Assembly (NCBI GenBank): GCA_950097015.1
Contig: CATNEN010000038.1
Location: 16,616,001-16,680,000, forward strand
DNA from: Macrostomum hystrix
Taxonomy: Eukaryota > Animalia > Platyhelminthes
Direction: 5' to 3'
DNA length: 64,000 nt
Shown here: one piece after another, positions 10,813 through 22,950 of the stretch
Numbering within the stretch: position 1 is the first letter of the stretch
Layout of the letters: each line of letters begins with the position of its first letter
The notes under the pieces: generated by a model
What the model was told of the DNA's origin: nothing
The model's database searches: none
What the model saw: the letters and a program-made list of their open reading frames with translations, nothing else
Made by a program: the position numbers and the translations under genes

Positions 10813-13800
10813 CTAGCCGTCTGAATCAGGCCTGGCCAAATCGCTGCGAATATAAACTAGCACATAGGCAGACTTGGCCATCAACTGATCGCTGGTGCAG
10901 TCGCGCACGCTATTATCATCATAGTAGTGCCAGATGCCAGTTTTGTGATTCAACGCCGATGCTGTATAATGGCCGCCGCCTAAATTGCCGAAATGATGAG
11001 CCACAGCTAATAAATTGTACGTAGTTGGTCTATCATAATCCGATTGAATAATCCAGCGACGAAGGTTTAAACTCTTTAACGGATATTCAACCCAGGAGTC
11101 AATCTTGCTGCGATAATGTTTATCGTAGCTGAATCGTTTCAGATGACAGACAAGAACAGGCGGCAGGCTCCATAAGTCGATCTTTTTAGTGGCACATTGA
11201 AACACTTTGCAATTGGGACAATGCCAAGCGTCCTTCTTGTCTAGAGTTTCGGAATCTGTATATAACTTCAGACAGTCATCGAGGGTGATAGCTTTTTCAC
11301 TTTCAGAGGACTCCACTGCGCTTGAATGAACCTGCGTTAATAACAAACAAAAAATAATTTATGAGCTAGAGGTCAATCAAGTTGTCATTTGATAATGATA
11401 ATTAAAGCAGCAGTGATAATTAATTAGTAGTCGGCAAATGTCTAGACTCACCTGTTCAGCGTTAGCAGCTACCTCGTCATAGAACAGGCGCTTAGCAGTT
11501 TGGCTGGGCAGGCCAACCCAAATGTAGCTGAAATCGGCAGGCAAAGTGGTGCTAATTTCGTCATCCTCGGCCGGATCAAGAAGCATGGCTGTGTCGCGAA
11601 TAAAGCTTCCGTTTCGCGTGGCGTACAAATTGAAAGACGGCGGCTCAACCTGCTGCTCTGGTGCCTCCCGACGCCACCAATCGCTATAAGTTTCTGGCTG
11701 AGTCTTTCGACGCGCCGGATTGTCTAGGAAGCGGCGGCAACGATCGATCACAGCGCGACGCAAGGCCGCCTGGGAAACGCTGCCATCTTTACCAACATGA
11801 GGCACCGCTGCGGCTGTAGCGCCTTCTTCGGTAGTTGGCGGTTCACTGGCTTCTTGAAGAGGGGCAGCTTTTTCCATATCCAGCTCTAGCAGCAGCGGAA
11901 ATCCGAAGTACATAGTGGCGACGTAAGAGGATCTCGTCGCTAACGCCTCGTCCAGAAAGTAAATGTACTTAAACCTTGTGGATGTCGAAGATGCTGCTTT
12001 TGACTCTGGGTCAAATGGTTCACGCAGCTCGAACGCATGGAACTGACCCCGGTCAGTGATGTGCGCATATGAATCGCTGGCTACTAAGAAGCGGTGGAAT
12101 TTATGATAATATACTTCGCCGATTAAAAATCGATTCTGTGGTAATTCGAACATTTCACTTAGCCGGCGATAGGCCAGTGCCATTGTACCGTCTGGAGGCA
12201 GCGTCAGTTTGCACTTAACTATCGGCAAATCTGGGTCTAATCTAATAAATCGAAAAGTGAACGTGCAGCTCTGATCCTGCGGCAATGGCAGGCTAAGATA
12301 GCCGAACGGATCAAAGGTGACGCTAACCTTACTACACTCCGGACAGACAAGAGTGGACTTCAGCTGGCCATGAAACAAATCAACAATGATTGAATCATTT
12401 CGCAATTTGTAATTATTCCACGCCTCGGCAGCCACCTCAGCATCGGGCCGATTGTTGGCCTCTTTAATCTCTACGTAAGGCTTCGAAACAATGCGATTAA
12501 GATCTTCGTGTAAGCCGTCAAGTAAGAAAGCCATCAGCTCCTGGCAGTCGTGTTGCTGAAATCCGGAGAACTGAGGCGCGAATTCGCAAAGTTTGGCCTT
12601 GAAATCGCGTGGTGCAATGTAGGAATAAGAGCCTGACCATACGCTTTCAATTAGGGCAGCATAGGATTTGGCTATTTCACCACGCATTCCCAGAGGGTTT
12701 GTGGTGTTTAACTCTTTACGCCACTGGTCAGAGAGCATGAATTCAGTCAAAATTGGCACATTGCTAAGGCACTGAATAGCAGAATTCATGAAGCAAGTGT
12801 TGCCCATATTCACTAAGCCGCAGAGCCCAGGCTGTGTCGGAAATGGCCTGCTACTCCATGTAGAGGACAAGCTGGAGGTTGAAGCAAGCGAAGGCGGCGA
12901 AGAGGCAGGCGGAGGACCTAGAGGGATGGCGCCAGATTTCGGGGACTGCTGTTGCATCTGATTAGGCAGCTCTGGGCCGCTGATTCGAAGCTCTTCGAAA
13001 GGTCGCGAATAAACGCCATCAAAGTTAGCTAGCTCAATGAAAATCAGGTCGTTAGAATTAATGTAGCCATCTAAACGATCCTCCATTGATTTGACGATAG
13101 GCTCAAAGGGTCCGACACGGGAGCCACCAGATGAAAGCCAGAACCGCATCCCAGTTGATGCCTGATCATTTGATAATGATAACGCATCTCTGGCGCGGTC
13201 AGCCACATCGCCGAAAGTAGCTGATTTAGAAAACTGACAAGCTACAGTGCCATATTTTGAGTCGTCATCTAGTAGACCCAATTCAATAATTAGCTGGTAG
13301 ACCTCAACTTCGAGAATATTGCGCGTGTCGCCGCCACGTGAGATCACACTGCGGGTGATGGCCTCTTGTCCAGGCGCCAACTCGTAATATTCGACTAGCA
13401 TTGTCCATGCGTCACCCCTAATTAGTACGTAATCGCTCTCGTTCATAAGTTTTGGTTTAAGCTCTCCAGTAACTTCTAGGATGTCTGAGTTATCGATAGA
13501 ACCGGGAAAGTAAGCATCCTTGCCCATGTACTTCTCTTCGTATTTGCGATATCCAACGTACTGTTGCCAGCGCTTGAACCAGACCATGGATAAGACTTGC
13601 CATTGTTGGCCAGGCGCAAGGCAAGAAGCTAGACACTTCTTAACGGCCACCTTCTGTCTCTGTAGACAATCAATCAAATGGTTATTTGTCGCGATGGGAA
13701 TCTTAGCTATAGTCGATGGCGCCTTGCTAACGTGTGCTGATGGAGGCGTACCATCCGCTTCAGAGTTTACCGCTGCTAACTGTGGGGACTGACAGATTTC

Positions 13801-13983
13801 CATCGGTGTCTCCGCGTGTCTTTGAGCAATAGTCGAGTTACCATCGTTCATTTCTGCATCCTGGCTAGTGTTCTGAATTTGATTGCCAAGGTGCCGAGTG
13901 TCTTGCCCTTCGGATGATGCAGAAGAGGAAAGAGCTGTGGAAATTTCACTTTCACGGCCGCGGACAACACCGTCGACAGTCAT
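10813..13983 (-). CDS. USP15: Ubiquitin carboxyl-terminal hydrolase of the USP4/11/15 family; exons 11452-13983 and 10813-11331
   Basis: DUSP domain ([16 protein letters not shown]), Cys box [42 protein letters not shown] zinc ribbon, LKRFSY, His box [17 protein letters not shown]. Single 120-bp phase-0 GT-AG intron. Confidence 0.93.
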
Positions 13984-14652
13984 GGCGATAGAGTAAAAAG
14001 CGAAAAGCTAACGACCTAAGTTTATTTACAAGCGAAAGAAAAACAAGGTCTTCTCCCGCCCTTCTCTCTTAAAATTTTGCAACCTGACTGACGACTTCCG
14101 GAGTTGAAGCTGAAAAGATAGAAAAGCATTTTGAAATAAAAAACTTTGTATGGAGAAAGACAGGGAGATTGTGCAATACATACGAATAGAAGCCTATTGA
14201 ACTAGTCAAAATGCACCCTATAATTAAACTCCTGATTGGGCAGAAATTACAAATAAATTGCATTAAACTCTAGGCCTCAAACTTTCTATACAACTTATAT
14301 TGTGGTAGATAGTAAAAAACGCATATCAGAAATATCTGTGACATGTGAAGCAAATAAAGCGAAATAAAGAAAATTCCGAAACAACGATCGAGTTTTCCCA
14401 TTCTCGTGTTTAAGCTTATAAGCGTAGAATGTATTTTTTTTTGTACATGCTGTGTGTGTTTTAAACAGAAAGTAAAACGCTAACGCTTATATCTACTACT
14501 ATATACTGCTACACAAATGCTAACTTGATTGTTTAAACAATCCAGAGGCTTATCTTAGTTCCAGTCAGTTTCTTAGGCAGCTGTATTGAATATGACATTG
14601 AAAGACTAACTTGCATTCGTACTACGTTAGTTAAAACTACACAGTTAATTTG

Positions 14653-15141
14653 TCAAGGCAGTGTATCACAGAAGCTGTGAGCATCGGAGGCGGCAGCCTG
14701 ACGCAACACGTGGCACGGATAAGTGACTAAAAGTACACCAGCCGAGACGCGAATCAAGATCAAGCCACCAACGGGTGGAGCTAACTGACCGCAGGCTGTC
14801 CGGCTAGTGCCAATGTCACTGAGCGGAGAGCAGTGCACTACTGTTGGCGACTTTTCAAATGGTCGGTACTGCTGACACCCTAGAACTAGTCTGCTATTCA
14901 ACACTTTGGCATTGAAATTCGGTAGGCAATTGTAACGGAACAGGTTCAGGCACAGGCGGCACAGCTCTGGCGTTGGTCGTTCCGAGGACGACGCTAAACG
15001 ACCGTCGGCGTGGGCCAGAGTGCCCGACGGCGAAAGAATTAGGGCGACGCCGTCAATGTGGCCGCGGCAAAGCAGGTGCTGACGAATGCGTTGACTCCAA
15101 GCTAGACAATCCTCCGGCGGTGATGTCGCAGTGGTAATCAT
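14653..15141 (-). CDS. Divergent profilin-like protein, intronless, 162 aa
   Basis: AWSQRIRQHLLCRGHIDGVALILSPSGT, LVLGCQQY, GGLILIRVSAGVLLVTY and C-terminal AHSFCDTL follow the profilin pattern (W..YVD.HL...AAI.G.DG; L.LGG.KY; GG..I.KT..ALV.G.Y; .LGDYL). Confidence 0.65.
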   Translation of the reverse strand: MITTATSPPEDCLAWSQRIRQHLLCRGHIDGVALILSPSGTLAHADGRLASSSERPTPELCRLCLNLFRYNCLPNFNAKVLNSRLVLGCQQYRPFEKSPTVVHCSPLSDIGTSRTACGQLAPPVGGLILIRVSAGVLLVTYPCHVLRQAAASDAHSFCDTLP

Positions 15142-15339
15142 TGCTTTTTATTGACTCGACGTTTCAAAAAGATGCGCCTGCTTCTGTACTATCTTCGATG
15201 AAGAGGCTGAAAGCTGTTTATAGCAAAAATGTTTGATAGGCCGATTAAAAGTTTACGATCGTCAATTAATAAAAATGTTTGTCTATCATAATCAAAGTTT
15301 AACTGAATCAGAGAGGTCTGAAATTTATAAAGATAAAGG

Positions 15340-15560
15340 TTTAACGATTTGTTAAAAGGGTATTTGGGTTGTTAAAGAGTCGTTTATGACGTTAGATAAG
15401 CGTTTGAGTCGTTAAAGATTTTGAGTAGTTAGATAGGTATTTGAGTCATTAAAGAGTTTGAGTGGTAAACTTTTGAGTCATTAGAGAAGTGTTTCAGTAA
15501 TTTAAGAAGCGTTTTGAGTCTCAAGAGAAGCACTTGAGTCATTGAAGAAGCGAATGTGTC
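15340..15560. repeat. Degenerate ~20-bp tandem repeat (TTTGAGTC(G/A)TTAAAGAAGCG-like)
   Basis: Recurrent GAGTC(G/A)TTA motif. Confidence 0.7.
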
Positions 15561-16015
15561 TCTAATGATTGTAACTTTATATCTAGGCCTATGACTTTTA
15601 AATATCTTCCTGACTTGTCTAAAAAAAACAAATAATACATATACAAAAAATACAAAACACAAGCTAAATAAGCTGCATCAATTAATTTACCAAAAAAACA
15701 ACAGTCTAAAGAAAGCAAGATTAAATTGAAAATGTTTCGACATTAATCGTTTAATTGCAATGTTACATAAATAATTTCGCCATGAAAGCGACTTAAATTT
15801 TCAAGCTTATTCACTAGGCATCAGCTACAACGCATGAATAAAAATGCCACATACAACTGTTCTATTTATAGTAAATAGCAGCAAATAAATTGGGACAGAA
15901 CAAAGAAATATAAATTACTACTGAGAATAATTGTGTCATTCCTTCTATTTCTTTAGTAGACAAATTTGCAAATAAAGTGCGCTAGATGTCGCACTTCTAA
16001 TGTTTATCAACCAAT

Positions 16016-16357
16016 CAGTGTTGCTTTTGTCAGCCAAGTCGAGAATAAAGTGAATCACGTTGAGAATCGCCATTCACTGCAGCAGCAGTGAATTGAACTA
16101 CACTCGACCATGCAATTCCAGTAAAGATAAACCAAATGGTTAACAAAACAATAGAGAATTGGTTTAAAGTCCTCAACTTGATTGCCTTGATTTAGTATAG
16201 TCTATGGCCAAAGGAGAGTCCAGCTTGGAATTCTCTAATTAGTTAGCTTTGTCTATGGTCGAGTGTGTAGTTCTATGGCAGTGGCTGCTAATGCAGTGAA
16301 TCGGCATTATCAGGGTGTTTAACTTTATTCTCGACTTGGCAGACAAATGCGATACTC
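16016..16357. mobile_element. Palindromic MITE-like fold-back element immediately 3' of UCHL5
   Basis: Arms of ~90 bp: GCCAAGTCGAGAATAAAGT (16033-16051) is the exact reverse complement of 16322-16340. ATTCACTGCA/TGCAGTGAAT and GAACTACACTCGACCAT/ATGGTCGAGTGTGTAGTTC also pair. Confidence 0.75.
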
Positions 16358-16379
16358 AATGACAGTAGAAGTAGAATAG

Positions 16380-17435
16380 TTAACCACACTGCTCAGCCTC
16401 GGCGACCTCGCTGCCAGAAGCAGCTTCATCTTTCTTGGCTCCAATCCGGTCACCCTCAACCTTCCACGCCTGACGCTGGCGTGCCTTTTCAATCGCCGAG
16501 TCAACTAGACCATTGATTTGACCTCGCTCGCCAAGTATCTTGAACAGTTCAACCACCATCGGTATGTAATTGTGTCTGCGCCTGGCGTTCTCGCGCTTAT
16601 AGCGAGCAATCTTCTCCTCCTCGTGGCTAATTGCCTCGGTCAAGCGGCTAATCTCGCTGGCAACAGCCTCCGTGACCATGCCGTCTTCGCTTTCATCCAT
16701 AGTCGCTGTCACAGCTTCTAGCTGTTTCTGCAGTGTAATCTTCTTATCCGATATGACAGCTAGCAGGGTGAAGCGCAACTCGGAGCTGGCGTACCTCTGC
16801 ATTCGCTTCCTAATCACCGGGATCGCGTGTTGAACCCATTCGTCAGTGGCTAGTCCGTCTGGCAAACGGCCGTGATCAATCGGGCCTCGCTTGAGGCCGT
16901 CCAACTCGTACAATCGGCCATTTATCGGCACGTAGGCGATGAAATGCGAAGCCTCTTCGCGTTCGCCGGCAAGGCTATTGTCAAACTCTAGCATTGTCTG
17001 CCTACTAAAACTATTGTGCACCTGGCGAATTAGTGGCGAATTAGCTAGCGCCAAGCCTTTAGTTTTAGAGTCAAAGCTGGCGCTGAAAGATTTCAGATTT
17101 TGCAAAGTGTCGCCGAGTGCCACATCGTTGTGTTGCACATTTAGCAACAGGTTAACAATGGCTAGAGTGGCGCAGGCGTTATTAACCACCTGGTTGGCAA
17201 AGTAGATCTCATCTTCTAGGCGCGAGTCTAGCACAACGCTCTCATCTAAATCCGCAGGCTGTTGCTCCTTCTCGCACATGAACAAGAATATCAGGCCGTG
17301 CAAGGGTTTCAACTCGATTGAGTCTTCCAGACTCCAGATCTCTTCAACTTCGACGCCTTTGCAGCCGAAGCCGCGAATCAGTTCGGTGAAGACGCCAGGA
17401 TCGCTTTCAATTAGGCACCAGTCGCTTTCTGACAT
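16380..17435 (-). CDS. UCHL5: Ubiquitin C-terminal hydrolase L5 (UCH37), intronless
   Basis: WCLIESDPGVFTELI, GLIFLF, Q..NNACAT (catalytic Cys), HFIAYVP (His), LYELDGL (Asp), ULD tail ENARRRHNYIP. Confidence 0.96.
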   Translation of the reverse strand: MSESDWCLIESDPGVFTELIRGFGCKGVEVEEIWSLEDSIELKPLHGLIFLFMCEKEQQPADLDESVVLDSRLEDEIYFANQVVNNACATLAIVNLLLNVQHNDVALGDTLQNLKSFSASFDSKTKGLALANSPLIRQVHNSFSRQTMLEFDNSLAGEREEASHFIAYVPINGRLYELDGLKRGPIDHGRLPDGLATDEWVQHAIPVIRKRMQRYASSELRFTLLAVISDKKITLQKQLEAVTATMDESEDGMVTEAVASEISRLTEAISHEEEKIARYKRENARRRHNYIPMVVELFKILGERGQINGLVDSAIEKARQRQAWKVEGDRIGAKKDEAASGSEVAEAEQCG

Positions 17436-18187
17436 TGCTCAGAACTTATTAAATTACTAATTAATTACAAGGCTTTACAACACGTATTTTATAGCAGTTC
17501 TTTAATTCCGTTCCGTCGAGAATATAGCTGAAATTAAAAATAAAATCGAAGGACTATTTGGAACACTAGTCAAATAAGAAAAGTTAGGACGACATTCTAC
17601 CAGACGATAACAAAAACTCAATTAATCTATTAACTATTAAAGAGTAGGGCAGAAAATGTTGATCCATTTGGTCGACTTGCACGAAAATCGGTCATTCATT
17701 TTGGGAGCTAAATTGCGCCAAAGTAGGCAGTGGGTAGTTGAAATACCCCGTGGTCTTTCCTAAGTAGAAAAAATTGCGTGGACTATTTTTATAAATTACA
17801 AATAGGTAATTTACCTGATCTAATCGGAAATAAATTATAACAAGTAGGAAAATGTTTTTATGAATAGTGTGATCACAAAACTGCATTTATTTATTTCTCG
17901 TTGATTTTATGAGGAACAAATAGTCACAATTATCTTAAGTATCAAAGTTTACTATGACAATTATGAAAAATGATAGACGAAATGTAAGCATAGATAATCA
18001 AGTAAAAATTAATTATGAATGCAATTTATTATATAGTTACATTCGTTACATTCATGTGATTAAACTAATAGTCCTGGCACCTTTAACAAGACTGGAATCG
18101 TATGTACTGCACTGATAGCTTGAGTATGTTTAACTGTTACAATCAATGACAGTTTGATAGTCATTGAAAACAATCAAACTGATTCAG

Positions 18188-19617
18188 TCAGCCAGTGAGT
18201 TCATCCAGTTTGGCCTGAATCTCTTCCAACTGAAATGACAAGTTTGGTAATGCAATGTGAATCAGTGAAAATGAACTTCAAGGAAAATTTAGTTTAGAAA
18301 TAATTAAGTTCTGAGATTACGAATAGGGATTGTGTATGTTTGGGGGTTAGAAAGTATGTAATTAAGAAGTTTAAGAATAATCTAGTTAGGGGATTATTAA
18401 GTCTGAAAGAAGGAGTCTCAGGTAATTAATTAAATTCGAAATCATTCGGGAACAAAAGTAATGTAAAAATGAAGAAGAGAAAATTCTGTCATTACATTTT
18501 TTGAAGTATTGACATTAAACGAAACGAAAACGTTACTAAGACTACTAAACTAAGTAGATTAAAAACTGCAGATATTGAACCAACCTTCAGATAGAACTGA
18601 TACAGCTCATCGTGATTGAACTCAACGGAGACATGCTCAGCAGACGGTCCACCGGGTTTCTCATTGTCGCGCAGTACAAAATCTAGCGTAGCGATTGGCG
18701 CTCGAGTATTGGCCTTGGAGCTCTGCGCTAGAGTAATGCCCAGCTTCCAATTGATGTCGGACAGTTCTCGCGGCGCAAATGCTCTAGTCTTCAAGGCTTC
18801 AACAATGTCTTTGGCGCTGTTAGACCAGACGTCGGCTAGCGCGCGACAATGACCTTCGGCTAGGCCAGACTGGGCAAGCTGCTGAGCCAACTGGTTCGGC
18901 TTCGTGATGGAGTAGGCGGCGGATTTCAGCACCTATTATCATAGGGAAAACAGCTCAAGATATTAAAATCTGAGCTCAAATCCAAATAAACTCGCAGACT
19001 AAAAAGCGGAGGTGCGTGTACACCGCGTTCAGTGCGATTGAATGACAAAATACATTGTCTCGTACTTTATAATAATAATAATAATAATAATAATAATTGA
19101 TTACACCAGCCCCTATTGGGTCAGATGTGCAGCCAACAGCACAGCCGCAGCTAATGCATCTGAAGGCTGCGTACAGCTGTTCAGTCCATGGACTGGGGAG
19201 ACGTCACACCCACCTTCAATTATCCCAGCTGATGCTGGTACCCGTTTAACAGCTGGGTGAACTGAAGCAATGCAGAGTTAAGTGTCTTGCTAAAGGACAC
19301 AAATTGTTCCAGTGGAGTCGGGAATCGAACCCCCGATCTTTAAGTCGTGAGTCCGACGCCCTAACCACTAGGCTACAATCTCTTAATTCGTACTTACAAA
19401 CGTACTTACATCTCGTACTTACATTAGCCAAATAGGTGAGCAATGAGTTAAGATCTGTCCTGCTAATGCCCAGCACGGTAGCCAGCTTCTCAGCTTCATC
19501 ATCGGAGAAAACTGACTCAACTGAGTCATCGGATGCTAGTGTTGGCACCAGCCGAGCCAATATTGCTGTTAGCCGTTTCTCTTCTAAAGAGTTGACAATC
19601 TCCATGGAGTTTACAAG
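18188..19617 (-). CDS. COMMD10: COMM domain protein 10; exons 19423-19617, 18585-18932, 18188-18229; start codon source unresolved
   Basis: FSDDEAEKL, APRELSDINWKLGITLAQS, VSVEFNHDELYQFYLK|LEEIQAKLDELTG* match the COMMD10 pattern ([35 protein letters not shown]). All junctions are phase 0 GT-AG. Confidence 0.88.
19069..19382 (-). mobile_element. SINE-A full length (~310 bp) in a COMMD10 intron
   Basis: Pol III A/B boxes, CORE-like GTCCTTTAGCAAGACACTTAACTCTGCATTGCTTCAGTTCACCCAGCTGTTAAA, (ATT)n tail. Confidence 0.9.
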
Positions 19618-19709
19618 CTGTAATGAATTATTAGTGACTCTCACTACATACAAGAAGACAATATGAACACATATAGGAGATAGATTTGAAAAATATAGTG
19701 CTTGCTGCT

Positions 19710-19956
19710 TCTGGCGGGTTAAATGACATAACGGTCCCCCGAGATGACTTAGGGGCTTGTCGTGCAATTTACGCCCTTAAGGGCCAAAGTCCAAGGCACA
19801 GTGAGAGTACAGATGTACACACCTGTGCGAGCGTGTACCTGCGAACAGTGTCTATGAGCTTGTGTGCTCAGGAGTCAGCGAAATGGGCAGAATGGCAGCG
19901 GGTCTATTGTCCCCAAATGAAGTGCCAGTACCTAGAGTCCTTCTGTAAACATTATT
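19710..19956 (+). mobile_element. SINE-B, degenerate partial copy
   Basis: GGGGCTTGTCGTGCAATTTACGCCCTTAAGGGCCAA..GTGCTCAGGAGTCAGCGAAATGGGCAGAAT. Confidence 0.8.
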
Positions 19957-20453
19957 GCCATACTATAGATGCTGCTGATGTATCTCTTAAGTACTTAAAT
20001 AATGAAAACGAAAATGCCACAACCATAAATAATAAGCAAAAATCTATTAAAAAAACAAGAAAGTGTATTTTCGTATGCTTAGTATGCTGTTTCTGAGTTT
20101 CCTTTACAAAAAAAACGAGCGAACACATTTAATTTGATTTGATACACAGCAAACTGATAGATAGACAGACATGTATGATGAGAAAGTTGAATACGGACTG
20201 CTAGGCATAAAATCTGCACTTTTAAACTTAATTTAATAGTTACTCTTTGTCCAAATAGTAAAGATCACAAGTTACAAAAACTCTAATAACTACAATGACT
20301 AATTGAAGCCAAATGAAATTCTGCATGTACTCGTAAAGCAATGACAATATAGGATAAAAGAGTCCATTTTTAACTAGATCATTAAAAGTAGGAAATATAG
20401 TAAAAAGCAAGCGCCTACGACTCATCGAAATCAAAGATATTTCTCGCTATTCT

Positions 20454-20646
20454 TGCAGTGTAGTAGAGCGTCGGACTCACAACTTAAAGGCCTGGGGTTC
20501 GATTCCTGACTCCACTGAAATCTATTTTGTGTCCTTTAGCAAGACAGTTTAGTCTGCATTGCTACAGTTCACACAGCTGTTAAATGGGTACCAGCACTGG
20601 CTGGGGTAATTCAGAATTGGGTGTGGTGTCTCCCAGTCCATGGACT
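20454..20646 (+). mobile_element. SINE-A, 3'-truncated
   Basis: AGAGCGTCGGACTCAC..GGTTCGATTCC..GTCCTTTAGCAAGACA..CAGCTGTTAAATGGGTACCAGC..CCCAGTCCATGGACTG. Confidence 0.85.
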
Positions 20647-21447
20647 GCTGCTGCTACAAGTCTGGCCCTATTCATATCAAATTAATTTTTGTCGAGGCCT
20701 AAAAATTAAATTCTTAAATTGGGAATTTTTAAGAAAACAGCACTATATCAAAATATAATATCAAAATACACAGAACAGAAGCCAAAGAAGTAAAACAAAT
20801 GACACACAACAAAAAGCAGCTCAAAATGAATATTAACTGCAACAAAAAACATTATTTATATAAAAATCCACATATTATCTAGCATACAACCAGTACATAG
20901 AAGTCCTATGAAAGGAAATATACAATAAAACAGAACAGTAAGCTACTCGTACTTTACATATAACGAAGCATGGGTTACTTTAATTAATATGACTACTTGT
21001 TGCAACCAAAAAATACAGAAAAATCAACAAGACAACGTATTTATTTTTTATCAATCTGCGGCAGTAATTCGTTACATACTTGCTGAAATGGTTTGTTTAT
21101 TTCGTTAAATCGTTTTATGATTTTTATATCTATGGTTAAAATACCATGCAATGACGATAATCAGAGGTCAGAGGTCACAGGGCCTGACAAAGAATGATTA
21201 ATGCGAGCGCATTGTCTTTTAACCATAGAATTAAATTAACCCACTTAATCTAGGCAGAGCGGTGCTGTATGTGTATTGGAGAAGTATGTGTATTGCGTGG
21301 GTGTGCCCATCCTTTTAATCTCTATAACTATTGGCTTTTTAATGCATGCCATGCATAAGAACCATACAGTACATGTTATATTAGCCATCACCAATTGATT
21401 GATTTAGCAAGTCAAATATAAACAATCTAAACACTTAAACGCTAGTC

Positions 21448-22263
21448 TCAGGTGCCAAAAGCATCCTCGCTGAAGATGTCATTAATCACGGGATGCACAG
21501 AAGCGGATGCCGGCTCCGTTGTAGCCGGAGTACCAGAGTGTTGAAAGATTAATGCCATGCGTTCCCGTCTAAGCTTGACCATTTCATGGCGCAGACGAGA
21601 CATGTCCAGCTCAAACTTACGCCTCATAATTTCCACCTCCTTGGTTTTGGTCTCTTCCAGCACAGCCAGTGCAGTCTTGAGTCCCTGTCTAGTGCAAGAG
21701 TCTAGCTGTAGAAAGTGCGGCTCCTGTTCCAACTTGGCAATGGACGGATAGTAGCGAATTATTTCAGCCACAAGGACATACTCCAACTCTTCAATCTTGG
21801 CCGCTTTAACTTCGCTGAAGTAGCGAATGACATTCTCTTCTGTTAAAAAATTCTTTAAATAGCGCAAACATGTGGACCACAGCAGGCCGACTTGGTACTC
21901 TTTTGATAGGGACAGCAATGCGACCACATTCTCCTGTGTTATAAACTGTTCAGGCGGCGTGCACAGTTGAACACAATTTAGCAGGGCTAAAACAGCCTCG
22001 TAAGATTTGTCTGGCAATTCTAATTCATCGCTTCGACTCTCTTTGAAGTCGTGCGAAAACATTGAACGAAACACTGGCGACACTAGCGACAATAAACCAG
22101 TATTAGTGTACAGATATTTGCCTTCGACTTTTAGTTTGATATGACGAAACGGAATAGAATGGAATTGCGGATCGCAAGGATCAATGAGAACTGGCGAGAC
22201 ATCGCTGCTAGCCTCCGGGCAGCTGACGTTGGATGAATTCAACCAGGCGTCTATGCTGAACAT
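21448..22263 (-). CDS. BTB/POZ domain protein with BACK-like helices and C-terminal coiled coil, intronless
   Basis: IKLKVEGKYLY..LLSLVSPVFRSMFSHDFKES...ELELPD and NVVALLSLSKEYQV..L...C..YL are BTB signatures. Confidence 0.85.
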   Translation of the reverse strand: MFSIDAWLNSSNVSCPEASSDVSPVLIDPCDPQFHSIPFRHIKLKVEGKYLYTNTGLLSLVSPVFRSMFSHDFKESRSDELELPDKSYEAVLALLNCVQLCTPPEQFITQENVVALLSLSKEYQVGLLWSTCLRYLKNFLTEENVIRYFSEVKAAKIEELEYVLVAEIIRYYPSIAKLEQEPHFLQLDSCTRQGLKTALAVLEETKTKEVEIMRRKFELDMSRLRHEMVKLRRERMALIFQHSGTPATTEPASASVHPVINDIFSEDAFGT

Positions 22264-22589
22264 TGAACTCTTGGGACTTCAACTAAAAAAACTGTTTGCG
22301 ATGCCACTCTGGGCTTTCACTTTCACTCGTTATAATTTTTTTAAAATCTATCTTGACAGGTCGTCGTGTCGAGATCGGCACATAGGCTGCAATGAGACAA
22401 TTTTAAACAGGTGATTAAGCATTGATTTGACGGATTTATGATTGAGACGATTGTCTCGAACTCGCACAAAATAATAGGAAGATGCGTTTTAATTAAAAAG
22501 GGATTAGAGCTTCGGACTTCTGACCGACAGGGAAAGGGTTCGAATCTTGGCTCTATGAAAGCTATTTGTGTCCTTGAGTGAGACTCATT

Positions 22590-22950
22590 ATAATAATGAC
22601 AATGATTGCAGGAGTGCTGCGCGCAATGGCACATCATTTGAAACACTCGACCTACAGCCTGCGAGAAGGCCATTCTGCTTATTTCACTGGTTCCTGAGCA
22701 CACACACACATGCCCTACGCAGGTACACTCCCACAGGTGTGCACATCTGCACTGACTTTCACATCGTCAGGCAGTATAAACTCTCATTGTGCCTTGGAGG
22801 TTGGCCCTCAAGGGCGTAAATTGCACGACAAGCCCCCAAGCCTTCTCTCCGCGGCTGCGCCTCAAAATTAATGTGGACTCGCCGGGGAATCGAGCTCAGG
22901 GACCTTGGTGCGAAAGGCAAACGCGTTGACCGTTCTGTCACCGACCCCCT
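22590..22950 (-). mobile_element. SINE-B full length, abutting a SINE-A head fragment (~22500-22585)
   Basis: Reverse complement of the 47960-48320 copy. Confidence 0.85.

Noticed and set aside
19932-19961. MAIMFTEGL* as COMMD10 first exon with stop-codon readthrough
   Set aside because: The sequence is the antisense 3' end of a SINE-B (compare 41370-41405); the resemblance is coincidental.
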